Assembly (NCBI GenBank): GCA_033763135.1
Contig: JANRKY010000294.1
Coordinates: 2,613-66,612 of the forward strand
Source: Blastocatellia bacterium
GTDB taxonomy: Bacteria; Acidobacteriota; Blastocatellia; RBC074
Direction: 5' to 3'
Length of the DNA stretch: 64,000 nt
Shown here: piece after piece, positions 52,201 through 62,486 of the stretch
Layout of the letters: every line of letters begins with the position of its first letter
Numbering within the stretch: position 1 is the first letter of the stretch
Translations under genes and position numbers: made by a program
Notes under the pieces: generated by a model
Told to the model about the DNA's origin: nothing
Seen by the model: only the letters and a program-made list of their open reading frames with translations
Databases searched by the model: none

Positions 52201-52946
52201 AGGGTGCTTGTGCCGAATTCCGCCGCATAATTGCTGGTCTGCACGCGAACTTCCTTCACCATGTCGTTGTTCGGCGTAATGATCGAACCGTTGTTGGCGC
52301 CGATGTCCTTGGTGATCGAGCCGTCGATGCTGATGTTGATGTTCTGGCCGCGCTGCCCGTTGACGCTGAAATTGTTGTTGGCGTTGCCTCCTTGCTGGAA
52401 GCCCGTGAAATCGAGCGTTTCGGCTTCGGGGCCGACGACGCCGGGCAGGATGCGCAGCAGTTCGAGGCTGCTGCGGGAGATCAGCGAGAGATTTTCAATC
52501 TGCGAGGACGTGATGGTGTAGGCCTTTTCGCCGGTTTCGGTCTGAATCTGCGCGGCTTCGCCCGTGACGGTGACGGATTCGGTGGCGGCGCCGATCTCGA
52601 GCGAGATGCTCAGCCCGCGCGTCTCGCTCGGGCTGAGGGTCAGTCGGTTGAGCGAATAGGCTTTGAACCCCGCGCTTTCGACCTTGAGGGTAAAGGCGCC
52701 GGGCGTGAGCGCCGCGAAGACAAACCCGCCTTCTTGATTGGTGGTGGCGGTGCGTTCGAGCAGGGTCTGTTCATCGCGCAACAGCACCTTCGCCCCGGGG
52801 ACGACGGCGCCGCCGGGGTCGGTGACCGTGCCGCGCAGTTGCGCGCTGCCGCTGGTCTGGGCTGCCGCGGAACTCGCCAGCGAGACGCAGCAGAACGCGA
52901 ACAAGGCATACAGCGCCAGCTTATGAATACACAGTTTCATTCTCAT
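49251..52946 (-). CDS. TonB-dependent receptor with an N-terminal CarboxypepD_reg-like domain
   Basis: 1231 aa. Signal peptide followed by QLRGTVTDPGGAVVPGAKVLLRDEQTLLERTATTNQEGGFVFAALTPGAFTLKVESAGFK. C-terminus is ..RVQLQVRFTF. Confidence 0.9.
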   Translation of the reverse strand: MRMKLCIHKLALYALFAFCCVSLASSAAAQTSGSAQLRGTVTDPGGAVVPGAKVLLRDEQTLLERTATTNQEGGFVFAALTPGAFTLKVESAGFKAYSLNRLTLSPSETRGLSISLEIGAATESVTVTGEAAQIQTETGEKAYTITSSQIENLSLISRSSLELLRILPGVVGPEAETLDFTGFQQGGNANNNFSVNGQRGQNINISIDGSITKDIGANNGSIITPNNDMVKEVRVQTSNYAAEFGTSTLQVTAVTKSGGRQFHGSLYEYARNQNLNANDRARVIARLPRPANSQYYTGGNIGGPVRLPSALGGDRLRDRLFFFYGLEHQRQRNAQNIAFGVVPTLKQRQGDFSEFLPCANIGNPAGCTTTYLGQNRTLTVPRNPPTGFTVGQSLVSNNFNLAPFKDPSNLGPTMLNTMFPAPNYIDPNQRYNYVTGETLPLDRSDMKLRVDYKVSDRTNLYVRLAREKEDEEFAYGVWGRSSMTDLYSHTNGDHIGRSAAVNMVTVFDPTLTMEVVFSASKLKLFHDYIDYDKVSPQALGLSNLKLPFGYLGKSAPTLQVTGVNNLSQTFVGNNQGETPLFAFNSSYSVNSNVTKIKGAHSYKFGGLLEQVNKKQNLGNQYNGRIVLGGVTNGTGNSFGNLYVGRPVSVQQSNLTPEGEFRAWNFDLYAQDSWKARPHLTFEYGVRFVTMPNNKERNGYETFFDVTKYQRGAGAFLNGDLQRPNGIQLVSRGEAIPGIVEDPAPRLAPRLSFAWDVSKKGNFVVRGGYGLFYNRSSGNFQYSPALQNAPNYINPIARFDSAATAFKDRVQNLTLDRLNQVDLARVPLSITPVSLNPEGNNITRTANQSVSIARRLMWGNVLEVGYVGNAVRYLPQVRNLNVVPLGTLLSGTITPATGPAANLANPIHRIALSADAFRSRLPFPDFNAINFREYVGTSQYHSGQLTLARQRGNLTYTAAYTFSKALGLLGGDGGTIDPLDARNRSYGVQAYDRTHNFVVNYNYNLPRLIKRGGNKFAGGVLNGWQLSGISSFQSGAPLRIFFSGGQTGATGTGLNAANAWQAWFGTNAFAGAGTVNTGGIVPILLRNPQIAGSGAKVGEKLYDVSAIVIPAFGQSGAYQSPYYARLPNRNNHDMTLMKNFRFREGKNIQLRAGLFNIFNQAFASAQGDIDMTLQTDCRVRVNGVPNGIGGTVNNVCDPTGGYFFTDTTLQNFGKVITKRGNRRVQLQVRFTF

Positions 52947-53550
52947 TCCTCCGAATGCGCCTGCTTAAAGGCGGGGCGATGTGCAAGTGATGGCGACAGT
53001 CAGCAGCAAGGCGGCCTCTCCTGATGCTGGCATCCCTGTCCCTCAACGACTGCCTCAGGAGACTGTCGTTGAGTTGAGGGATCGTATTGTTGTGCCCATT
53101 TCTGCCAGCGAGAGTGATGAACTACGGTCTCCTGCGGGAGAGAGGCGAACAGCCGCATGGGCTCCAATCGCGGCGGCGCTATCAAAAAATGGCGGCGTCG
53201 CGGAAGAGTTGTCGGAAAATGCGAATCGTAACGTAGGTCTTCCTATGCGTAATGGCGGCGACAAATTAAAGCACAAGCTAATTCGCGTCAACCCCATTTC
53301 ACTGCAAAAGGGGAATGCCGCGTTGGAGCGCCGGAATCAAGGCGTGGGAGGCCGAGTCTGGTCAGGATGCCGAGACCATATGTGGGCCGAGGTCGCTGCG
53401 TTTTGCCGAACCCGCTATTGACGGACGTCGCTATTACTTCCGCGCGCCGTGGATTGCGTGGCTGACGATGAGCCGGCGGGCGGCGCCGTCATCGGACCGG
53501 GCAGCCGCCTGCTTCGCTCGCGAACGGCTGCCGGCGCGGAGATCATTCGA

Positions 53551-54090
53551 TTATCGTCGTCGGCGGCGTCCGGGACGCATGCGTTTGAGCGTCGACCAGG
53601 TGATGTCGGCGGTGGTGTGGGACAGCGCGCCCAGCCAGAGGCCGGCGAAGACGCCGTGGAAGTATTGCCGCTCCGTCTGGTCCCAGAACGTCACCAGGTC
53701 CTGCTGCAGGAGCGAGAACTCGTCCACCCAGGCGGTCTTCTCTCCGTGCACATACGCATTGCGAATATAGAGGATCGTCGCGCCGAACGCCGAAAAGACG
53801 ACCAGAAAATAGACGACCCGAATCACCGTCCCCAGCAGCGGCCCGTGCGAAAGCTTCGAACGATGAGAAAGCGCCGCCTGATAGGGTTTCCATAACAGCT
53901 TGAGCGGCCCCCAGCGCTGGTACGGCCGGCTGTTCAAATCCAGATCCGGGCCGAACATCAATCCCGCAAAGAGCATCGCGCCCGTCGCCAGGATCGAGAT
54001 CAGGTGGTCCCCCCAGTACATCTCCGCCGCCAGAAATGTGAACGGCGTCAATGCATACGTGATCGCATCATGTGTATTTGCATTCGGCAT
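53551..54090 (-). CDS. DUF2227-family putative metal-binding membrane protein
   Basis: Start at 54090 gives MPNANTHDAITYALTPF.., followed by GPDLDLNSRPYQRWGPLKLLWKPYQAALSHRSKLSHGPLLGTVIRVVY, the DUF2227 core pattern. The listed longer start (54198) lies inside the 54190-54354 palindrome. Confidence 0.65.
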   Translation of the reverse strand: MPNANTHDAITYALTPFTFLAAEMYWGDHLISILATGAMLFAGLMFGPDLDLNSRPYQRWGPLKLLWKPYQAALSHRSKLSHGPLLGTVIRVVYFLVVFSAFGATILYIRNAYVHGEKTAWVDEFSLLQQDLVTFWDQTERQYFHGVFAGLWLGALSHTTADITWSTLKRMRPGRRRRR

Positions 54091-54189
54091 GCGGGGGTAA
54101 ATATCATGGATACGACTTGCGTTGCAAGAGTAAAACAGGAAGAGGGTCGAAAGGCAACAGATAAAAGAGAGGCCTCTTATAGCGCTTTG

Positions 54190-54354
54190 CAAATGCACGC
54201 GACCTGGATGTATGCGTCAGAAGAAGAAAAACGGAACAAACGGAAAAGACGGAACAAACGGAGCCTGCGATTGTAGGGCTCCGTTTGTTCCGTTATTTCC
54301 GTTTGTTCCGTTTTTCTTCTTCTTCTTGATTGCGGACCAGGTCGCATGCATTTG
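54190..54354. repeat. 165-bp palindrome with nonamer-word arms (ACGGAACAA/ACGGAAAAG)
   Basis: The outer stem is CAAATGCACGCGACCTGG (54190-54207) / CCAGGTCGCATGCATTTG (54337-54354), with 1 mismatch. The inner arms are GAAGAAGAAAAACGGAACAAACGGAAAAGACGGAACAAACGGAGCC and its complement. Confidence 0.8.
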
Positions 54355-54398
54355 AAAACGGCTGTATGCCTGTTGCCTTTCGCCTTTTTGAGTTTGAA

Positions 54399-55250
<852 letters not shown>

Positions 55251-55271
55251 CGTGGCTCCTCAGGAAATCAT

Positions 55272-55509
55272 CCACGAACTCACACGAAGAGACACGAAGG
55301 GAAGCCTCTTCTTCGCGCTTCTTCGCGCGGCTTCGCGAATGAGATTTTCATTGGGCCTTGATCGTCGTTTCGGCCATAACGAGCGAGAAATCGCCACAGA
55401 GCCACGGAGGCACAGAGTCGAGAGCGGAGAAACTCCGGTTTTTCAGGCATTCTCCGCGCCTCTGTGGCCTGTCTCCCGTTCCATCGTGGCCGAATCGATG
55501 ATCAAGGCC
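55272..55509. repeat. Composite tandem-word hairpin element, family B, copy 2
   Basis: CACGAAG-word hairpin at 55272-55330. A 23-bp outer stem (55354-55376 / 55487-55509, 2 mismatches) encloses a CCACAGAG/CCACGGAG-word hairpin. It shares the 19-mer TTGATCGTCGTTTCGGCCA with copy 1. Confidence 0.7.
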
Positions 55510-55895
55510 TTTCATTGCTTCCAGGCGTCGCCATGCAGCACGCCCGGATTTCTCACATTCCCCAAATAAAAAAGACCTTTTGCGCATTCTCCTCCATCCG
55601 AGGCGGCGCAAAAGGTCTCGATCCTTCAGCCATATGTCTCCTCTCCGGAGGCCATACGCCCTTGCTGACGAGCCGGATTGCTTGTCACTTGCAATCGTCC
55701 TGACGGCTCCATCAGACCACGCGGCATTTGCGCGATGGATGATCTACTCCCCTGATTCGATTCGGCGGCGCATTCGCTGCGCATCGCCGCAACGTTTCGA
55801 ACATAACGAAACCCGACAAAACCGTCAAGTACCCGAATGTTACATTTGTGTTGCGAAGGGGCGGGGCAAGCCTTCCGCTCGCCCCGCGCTTCGCG

Positions 55896-58334
<2,439 letters not shown>

Positions 58335-58668
58335 AGTGCCTTTCCTTTTCCCTTGTCTTTCTCTACTTCGCTTTTTCCTTGCCATCGATCGATTGCCGGC
58401 GCCGGCCGGTCGATCCATCATCCTGCCTTATCAACTGAATCCATGAAAATAGCGTTCGCCGGACGCAGTCCAGCCTGCATGCATGTATGAATGTGTAGTT
58501 TGAGCAGCCAAAGATTCGGGCCGACGGAGCTTGCCGACCCTACGGGGGGAGTCGTCGCAAGGGACACTTCGACACATCAAGACTCGCATCGCTCGTGAAA
58601 TGAAACACACACCCAAAAGAGCGATCAAGTCGCTGCAAATGTACATCGTTGTGGGCTGAACGCGGCAG

Positions 58669-58698
58669 AATATAGGGCACTACATACAGAGTTGTCAA
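58669..58698 (-). promoter_or_regulatory. Near-consensus sigma70-type promoter for nrdJ (TTGACA-N18-TATATT, or N17-CTATAT)
   Basis: On the minus strand, TTGACA is at 58698-58693 and TATATT at 58674-58669. This implies a 5' leader of about 325 nt. Confidence 0.45.
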
Positions 58699-58724
58699 CG
58701 GCATTTCTCACCTATATCTTGTGG
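58677..58724 (-). promoter_or_regulatory. Two candidate NrdR boxes, 32 bp centre-to-centre
   Basis: GCACTACATACAGAGT (58677-58692) matches acaCwAtATaTwGtgt at 12 of 16 positions and lies in the promoter spacer. CCACAAGATATAGGTG (reverse complement of 58709-58724) matches at 11 of 16 and lies just upstream of the -35. The spacing fits the known tandem-box arrangement. Confidence 0.3.
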
Positions 58725-58800
58725 TATGGCGTAAATGCTGGCGGACAAAAGCGATATTTTTCTGAGGTGATTCTTGAAGTTTCAAGAATGGGACAGTGGG

Positions 58801-59030
58801 CGGTTGGCGGTAGTCGGTTGGCGGTAGCTAGTTGTCGGTAGCCGGTAGCCGGTAGTCGGTAGCCGGTTGTCGGTTGTCGGTTCGTTCGTCTTCAATTGCG
58901 CCTTTTCCGAAATCAAGGCCGGCGCCCCAACGACCTGACCGTCATCGCAACCGGCAACCGGCAACCGGCTACCGACAACTGGCTACTGACAACTGGCTAC
59001 CGACAACCGACAACCGGCTACTGACTACCG
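58801..59030. repeat. Imperfect 230-bp palindrome built from 12 + 12 heptamer words (CGGTWGY / complement)
   Basis: Left arm 58801-58884 reads CGGTTGG CGGTAGT CGGTTGG CGGTAGC TAGTTGT CGGTAGC CGGTAGC CGGTAGT CGGTAGC CGGTTGT CGGTTGT CGGTTCG. The spacer is 62 nt. Right arm 58947-59030 reads GCAACCG x3, GCTACCG, ACAACTG, GCTACTG and so on. Confidence 0.9.
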
Positions 59031-59209
59031 AATTGCGCGATTGTCCTGCTTGATGTAATCTGCGGGAGCGGTTGTAGTGCGGCGGAAGAGATCATTTAAA
59101 GCAGTTTTCATGAACATTGACGGGGCGGGATGAGAGTGGGGACGGCGGCGTAGGCGGCCGGAATGCTCTGATCGGGTCCTTGGTCTATATGCAGGCGAGG
59201 GGTGGACAT

Positions 59210-59524
59210 ATGACTCCGTGGCTCGTGTTGGTATATGGAATATTGGTGGCGGCCGGGGGCGTGATGGGATACGTCAAGGCGGGCAGTATGGCTTCGTTGC
59301 TTGCGGGAGGGGGGGCCGGCCTGATTCTGGCGGCGTCGGCCGCGATGATGATGAAGGGGGCCTGGCAGGCGGGATGGTGGATTGCGCTGGTGACGGCGTT
59401 GTTGTTGCTGGGGCGATTTGGGAGCGCGGCGGCGTCGAAGGGATTCAAGATGATGCCGGGCGGGATGGTGATCATTCTAAGCGTGGCGGTGATAGTTCTC
59501 CTGCTTTCGCAGCGGACCCGGTAG
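59210..59524 (+). CDS. TMEM14/UPF0136-like small membrane protein
   Basis: 104 aa with 4 predicted TM segments. YGILVAAGGVMGYVKAGSMASLLAGGGAGLIL fits the TMEM14 pattern. Confidence 0.6.
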   Translation: MTPWLVLVYGILVAAGGVMGYVKAGSMASLLAGGGAGLILAASAAMMMKGAWQAGWWIALVTALLLLGRFGSAAASKGFKMMPGGMVIILSVAVIVLLLSQRTR

Positions 59525-59630
59525 GGCTGCGGTCGGGGCGGGAATTCCGCCTGCGGGCGGAGCGATTTTCGGCGAGGGGAGTTTCGCCTGCGGGCGGAGT
59601 CCCAAACATTTTTGAGGAGGCATCAAGCAA

Positions 59631-60254
59631 ATGGCGTATAAGGCACAGACGTTCGATCTGAGCAATCTGAACGGCATCACCGACGGGACGTTGGCGATGC
59701 ATTTCAAGCTGTATGAAGGATATGTGACGAACACGAATCTGCTGAACGAGCAGATTGCGGAGCTTTCGCGCGGGGAGATCACGGCGAAGGAGATGCCGGT
59801 CTATTCCGAGCTGACGCGGCGGCTGGGGTTCGAGTACAACGGGATGGTGCTGCACGAGTGGTATTTCGGCAACATGAAGAACGGCGGCAGCGGCGATCCG
59901 GCGAAGGAGTCGGCGTTCTACAAGGCGGCGGAAGCGAGTTTCGGCAGTTATGAGGCCTGGAAGAAGAGCTTCACGACGGTCGGCAAGATGCGCGGCGTGG
60001 GTTGGGCGGCGACCTATCAGGATCCGGTCAGCGGTCGTCTTTCGAATCACTGGATCAATCTTCATGAAACAGGCAATGTGGCGGGGTTCACGCCGGTTCT
60101 GATCATGGACGTGTGGGAGCATGCGTTCATTCGGGACTATGCGCCGGCGGAGCGTCCGAAATATATCGAGGCATTCTTCTCGAACATCAACTGGGATGCC
60201 TGCGAGGATCGGTTGACGAAGGGCGCGGCGACGCGGCCGGCCGTGATCGGCTAA
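59631..60254 (+). CDS. Fe/Mn-family superoxide dismutase (divergent subgroup)
   Basis: The metal-ligand pattern is retained: AMHFKLYEGYV (His26 equivalent), LHEWYF (His81 equivalent) and DVWEHAFIRDY (Asp/His). NINWD is also present. Confidence 0.8.
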   Translation: MAYKAQTFDLSNLNGITDGTLAMHFKLYEGYVTNTNLLNEQIAELSRGEITAKEMPVYSELTRRLGFEYNGMVLHEWYFGNMKNGGSGDPAKESAFYKAAEASFGSYEAWKKSFTTVGKMRGVGWAATYQDPVSGRLSNHWINLHETGNVAGFTPVLIMDVWEHAFIRDYAPAERPKYIEAFFSNINWDACEDRLTKGAATRPAVIG

Positions 60255-60384
60255 ATCAGAACAAGAAACATTCGGACAGGAGAACTCAACCACGGGGGAC
60301 ACGGGGGGCACGGAGCCCCGATAATGATTGTTCCCCGTGCCCCCCGTGGTTGAGTGCCCGTCCGAATGTTTCCTGGTCCGATTT
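60253..60384. repeat. Tandem-word hairpin, family A, copy 2 (132-bp palindrome between convergent genes)
   Basis: AAATCAGAACAAGAAACATTCGGACAGGAGAACTCAACCACGGGGGACACGGGGGGCACGG and its imperfect complement ..CCCCGTGCCCCCCGTGGTTGAGTGCCCGTCCGAATGTTTCCTGGTCCGATTT. It overlaps the SOD stop codon. Confidence 0.8.
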
Positions 60385-60487
60385 AGATCCCTTCTCCGTC
60401 GACGTCATTGACTGGAAAGAAAGAGAGCCCGCCACCTCGACGGTGGCGGGCTCTCTTTCTTTCGGGCTTTCGGGACCGGCGGAAGGG

Positions 60488-62107
60488 TTATTCCTGCGCC
60501 TGAACGACGAGGAAGCGGGCGCCGGAGGTGTCGCGGACGCGGAGCAGGACCGACTTCTTCTCGCCGAGTTTCTGGAGGGCGCCGTTGAATTCGCCGACGT
60601 TGGCGACGGGTTGTTTGGCGACCTCTTCGATGACCATGCCGCGGCGGAGGCCGGAGGAGGCGGCAGGGCTTTCAGGATCGACGTCCATGATGACGACACC
60701 GCGCGTGGCCTCCGGCAGGCGGAGGGCGCGGAGGTTGTCAGCGTTCAGGTTCTCGACGCGAACGCCGGAGAGGAGGCCGGAGGCGGTTGCGCCTTCGGTC
60801 TTTTCCGGGGTTTCGGCGGCGGTTTTGGGACTGATCTCGGCCAGGGTGGCGACCAGATCGCGTTCGCTGCCGTCGCGAAAGACCTTGAATTTGACGCTCG
60901 TGCCGGGGGCGGTCTGCGAGGCCATGTTCCGAAGCTGGGAGTTGTCCTGGATGCGCTGTCCCTGAAATTCGGTGATGATGTCGCCGGGTTTGACGCCGGC
61001 CTTGTCGGCAGGGTCGCCCTTGGTGACATCCTGGACGAAGGCGCCGGCCGTTCCCTTATAGCCGAACTGTTCGGCATATTCCGGCAGCACGGGGCCGACG
61101 ATGACGCCGAGCTTGCCCCGACGGACCTTGCCGCCGCGCAGCAGCTGATCCATGACGTTGCGGGCCTGGTTGGTCGGGATGGCGAAGCCGATGCCGATGT
61201 TGCCGCCCGCGCCGCCGGCGAGGATCTGGGAGGGAATGCCGACCAGTTCGCCGCGCAGATTGACGAGGGCACCGCCCGAGTTGCCCCGGTTGATGGCCGC
61301 GTCGGTCTGGAGGAAATCCTCATACGGCTGCTGATTGAGGTCTCCGCTGCGATTGGTCGAGCGTCCCTTGGCGCTGATGATTCCCATCGTCACGGTCTGG
61401 CCGATGCCGAGCGGGTTGCCGATCGCGAGGACGATGTCGCCCACCTCGACCTTGTTCGAATCTCCGATCGAGATCGTCGGCAGGTTGCTGCCCTCGATCT
61501 TGATCACGGCCAGGTCGCTTGGCGCGTCCGTGCCGATGACCGTGGCCTTGAGCAACCGGCGATCCTGCATTTCGACTTCGACCTTCTCCGCGCCGTCGAC
61601 GACGTGATTGTTGGTCAGAATATAGCCGTCGGGGCTGACGATCACGCCGGACCCCACGCCGCTCTGGACCATCGGGCCGCGGTTCTGCGGCTGGGGCTGC
61701 CGCGGAATCACCCGGCGGCGCGGCGTTCCCTCATCTTCTTGATTGGGCTGATCCGGCCCGAAGAAATCGAATGGATCGAAGAAGAACGGCGCCTGCTGCC
61801 GCGACGACTGCCGCGTCGAGATGCGGATGGTCACGACGGCCGGCGTCACCGCCTTTGTGATCGCCGAAAACCCGCCATTGAGCGTGACGTTCTCGTTGAC
61901 CTTGGTGTCGCTCGAGACGTAGATCGGGACTTTCGCCTCGTTCCCGCCCCCGGTGAACCAGCCTTTGGCCGTCGCCGCGGACCCGAAGATCGCGCCCAGC
62001 AGCAACACGCCCACCCCCACCAGACTCAGCACCGTCCAGTTGCGACGGCGCTGATGACGACCGACATTGATGATGTGGTCCATTCCAGTATCGATTTGAG
62101 TATCCAT
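60488..62107 (-). CDS. htrA: HtrA/DegP-family periplasmic serine endoprotease with two PDZ domains
   Basis: GAGGAG lies upstream of ATG 62107, followed by an N-terminal TM anchor. The catalytic triad contexts are TNNHVV (His), DLAVIK (Asp) and GNSGGAL (Ser). Two PDZ-like segments follow. Confidence 0.9.
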   Translation of the reverse strand: MDTQIDTGMDHIINVGRHQRRRNWTVLSLVGVGVLLLGAIFGSAATAKGWFTGGGNEAKVPIYVSSDTKVNENVTLNGGFSAITKAVTPAVVTIRISTRQSSRQQAPFFFDPFDFFGPDQPNQEDEGTPRRRVIPRQPQPQNRGPMVQSGVGSGVIVSPDGYILTNNHVVDGAEKVEVEMQDRRLLKATVIGTDAPSDLAVIKIEGSNLPTISIGDSNKVEVGDIVLAIGNPLGIGQTVTMGIISAKGRSTNRSGDLNQQPYEDFLQTDAAINRGNSGGALVNLRGELVGIPSQILAGGAGGNIGIGFAIPTNQARNVMDQLLRGGKVRRGKLGVIVGPVLPEYAEQFGYKGTAGAFVQDVTKGDPADKAGVKPGDIITEFQGQRIQDNSQLRNMASQTAPGTSVKFKVFRDGSERDLVATLAEISPKTAAETPEKTEGATASGLLSGVRVENLNADNLRALRLPEATRGVVIMDVDPESPAASSGLRRGMVIEEVAKQPVANVGEFNGALQKLGEKKSVLLRVRDTSGARFLVVQAQE

Positions 62108-62307
62108 ACGACTCACTCCTCTGACTGCAAATCTCATTTTTCCCTCGCTTCTTCGTGAATCTCCGCGGCCATTCCGCGGCCCATCTCCAGATCGATCCAG
62201 GAGTCTCTTGTTGCGTCATCGTCGGGGGCATCTCCGAAAACGACGGCGCCCCGAGCGGCGGCATCCCTTGAAACGAGGGTTCGCACGAAAAGTTCGCGCG
62301 AACCCTG

Positions 62308-62336
62308 ATCTTAACAACCGCTTTTCCGCTTTTCAA
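62308..62336 (-). promoter_or_regulatory. Candidate sigma70-type promoter for htrA (TTGAAA-N17-TAAGAT)
   Basis: On the minus strand, TTGAAA is at 62336-62331 and TAAGAT at 62313-62308. The predicted transcript begins with the hairpin at 62278-62306 (GGGTTCGCACG / CGCGCGAACCC). Confidence 0.4.
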
Positions 62337-62456
62337 GAATCCCCTCGCATCTTCTGTTAATGGCGTGTCAAAGATGTAAAAACCTCGTTAAAAATCGGCC
62401 GCGTCGCCGGGAGCGCGGTTGCCGCGGGGAGGCGCGGCGGGCGGCCAATTTAAGGC

Positions 62457-62486
62457 TTGACTGGCCGTCAACCTGTTGGCTAAGAT
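62457..62486 (+). promoter_or_regulatory. Orphan sigma70-type promoter (TTGACT-N18-TAAGAT) facing about 880 nt with no convincing ORF
   Basis: TTGACT is at 62457-62462 and TAAGAT at 62481-62486. It is divergent from the htrA promoter about 150 bp away. Confidence 0.35.

Noticed and set aside
52947-53550. ORFs 52981..53421 (+) and 53315..53770 (+) in the region upstream of the second TBDR
   Set aside because: They have no RBS and no family resemblance, and the second overlaps the DUF2227 gene. The region is better explained as a long regulatory/leader region. A possible TTGACG-N17-TAATTT promoter on the minus strand at 53263-53291 is too weakly supported to list.
58335-58668. Cobalamin riboswitch in the long nrdJ leader
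   Set aside because: I reverse-complemented the leader and found no B12-box-like core (GCCACTG / AGYCMGG..GCC type). A B12-dependent RNR is also not the usual target of B12 riboswitch repression.
58801-59030. CRISPR array
   Set aside because: The repeats are contiguous 7-nt words with no spacers, and the second half is the reverse complement of the first. No cas genes are present in the window.
62200-62306. SigmaE/ECF-type promoter (GAACTT .. TCAAG) upstream of htrA
   Set aside because: The spacing between the two elements is 18 nt, against about 16 for the consensus. The GAACTT also lies inside a hairpin (62278-62306), and a better sigma70-like promoter exists at 62308-62336.
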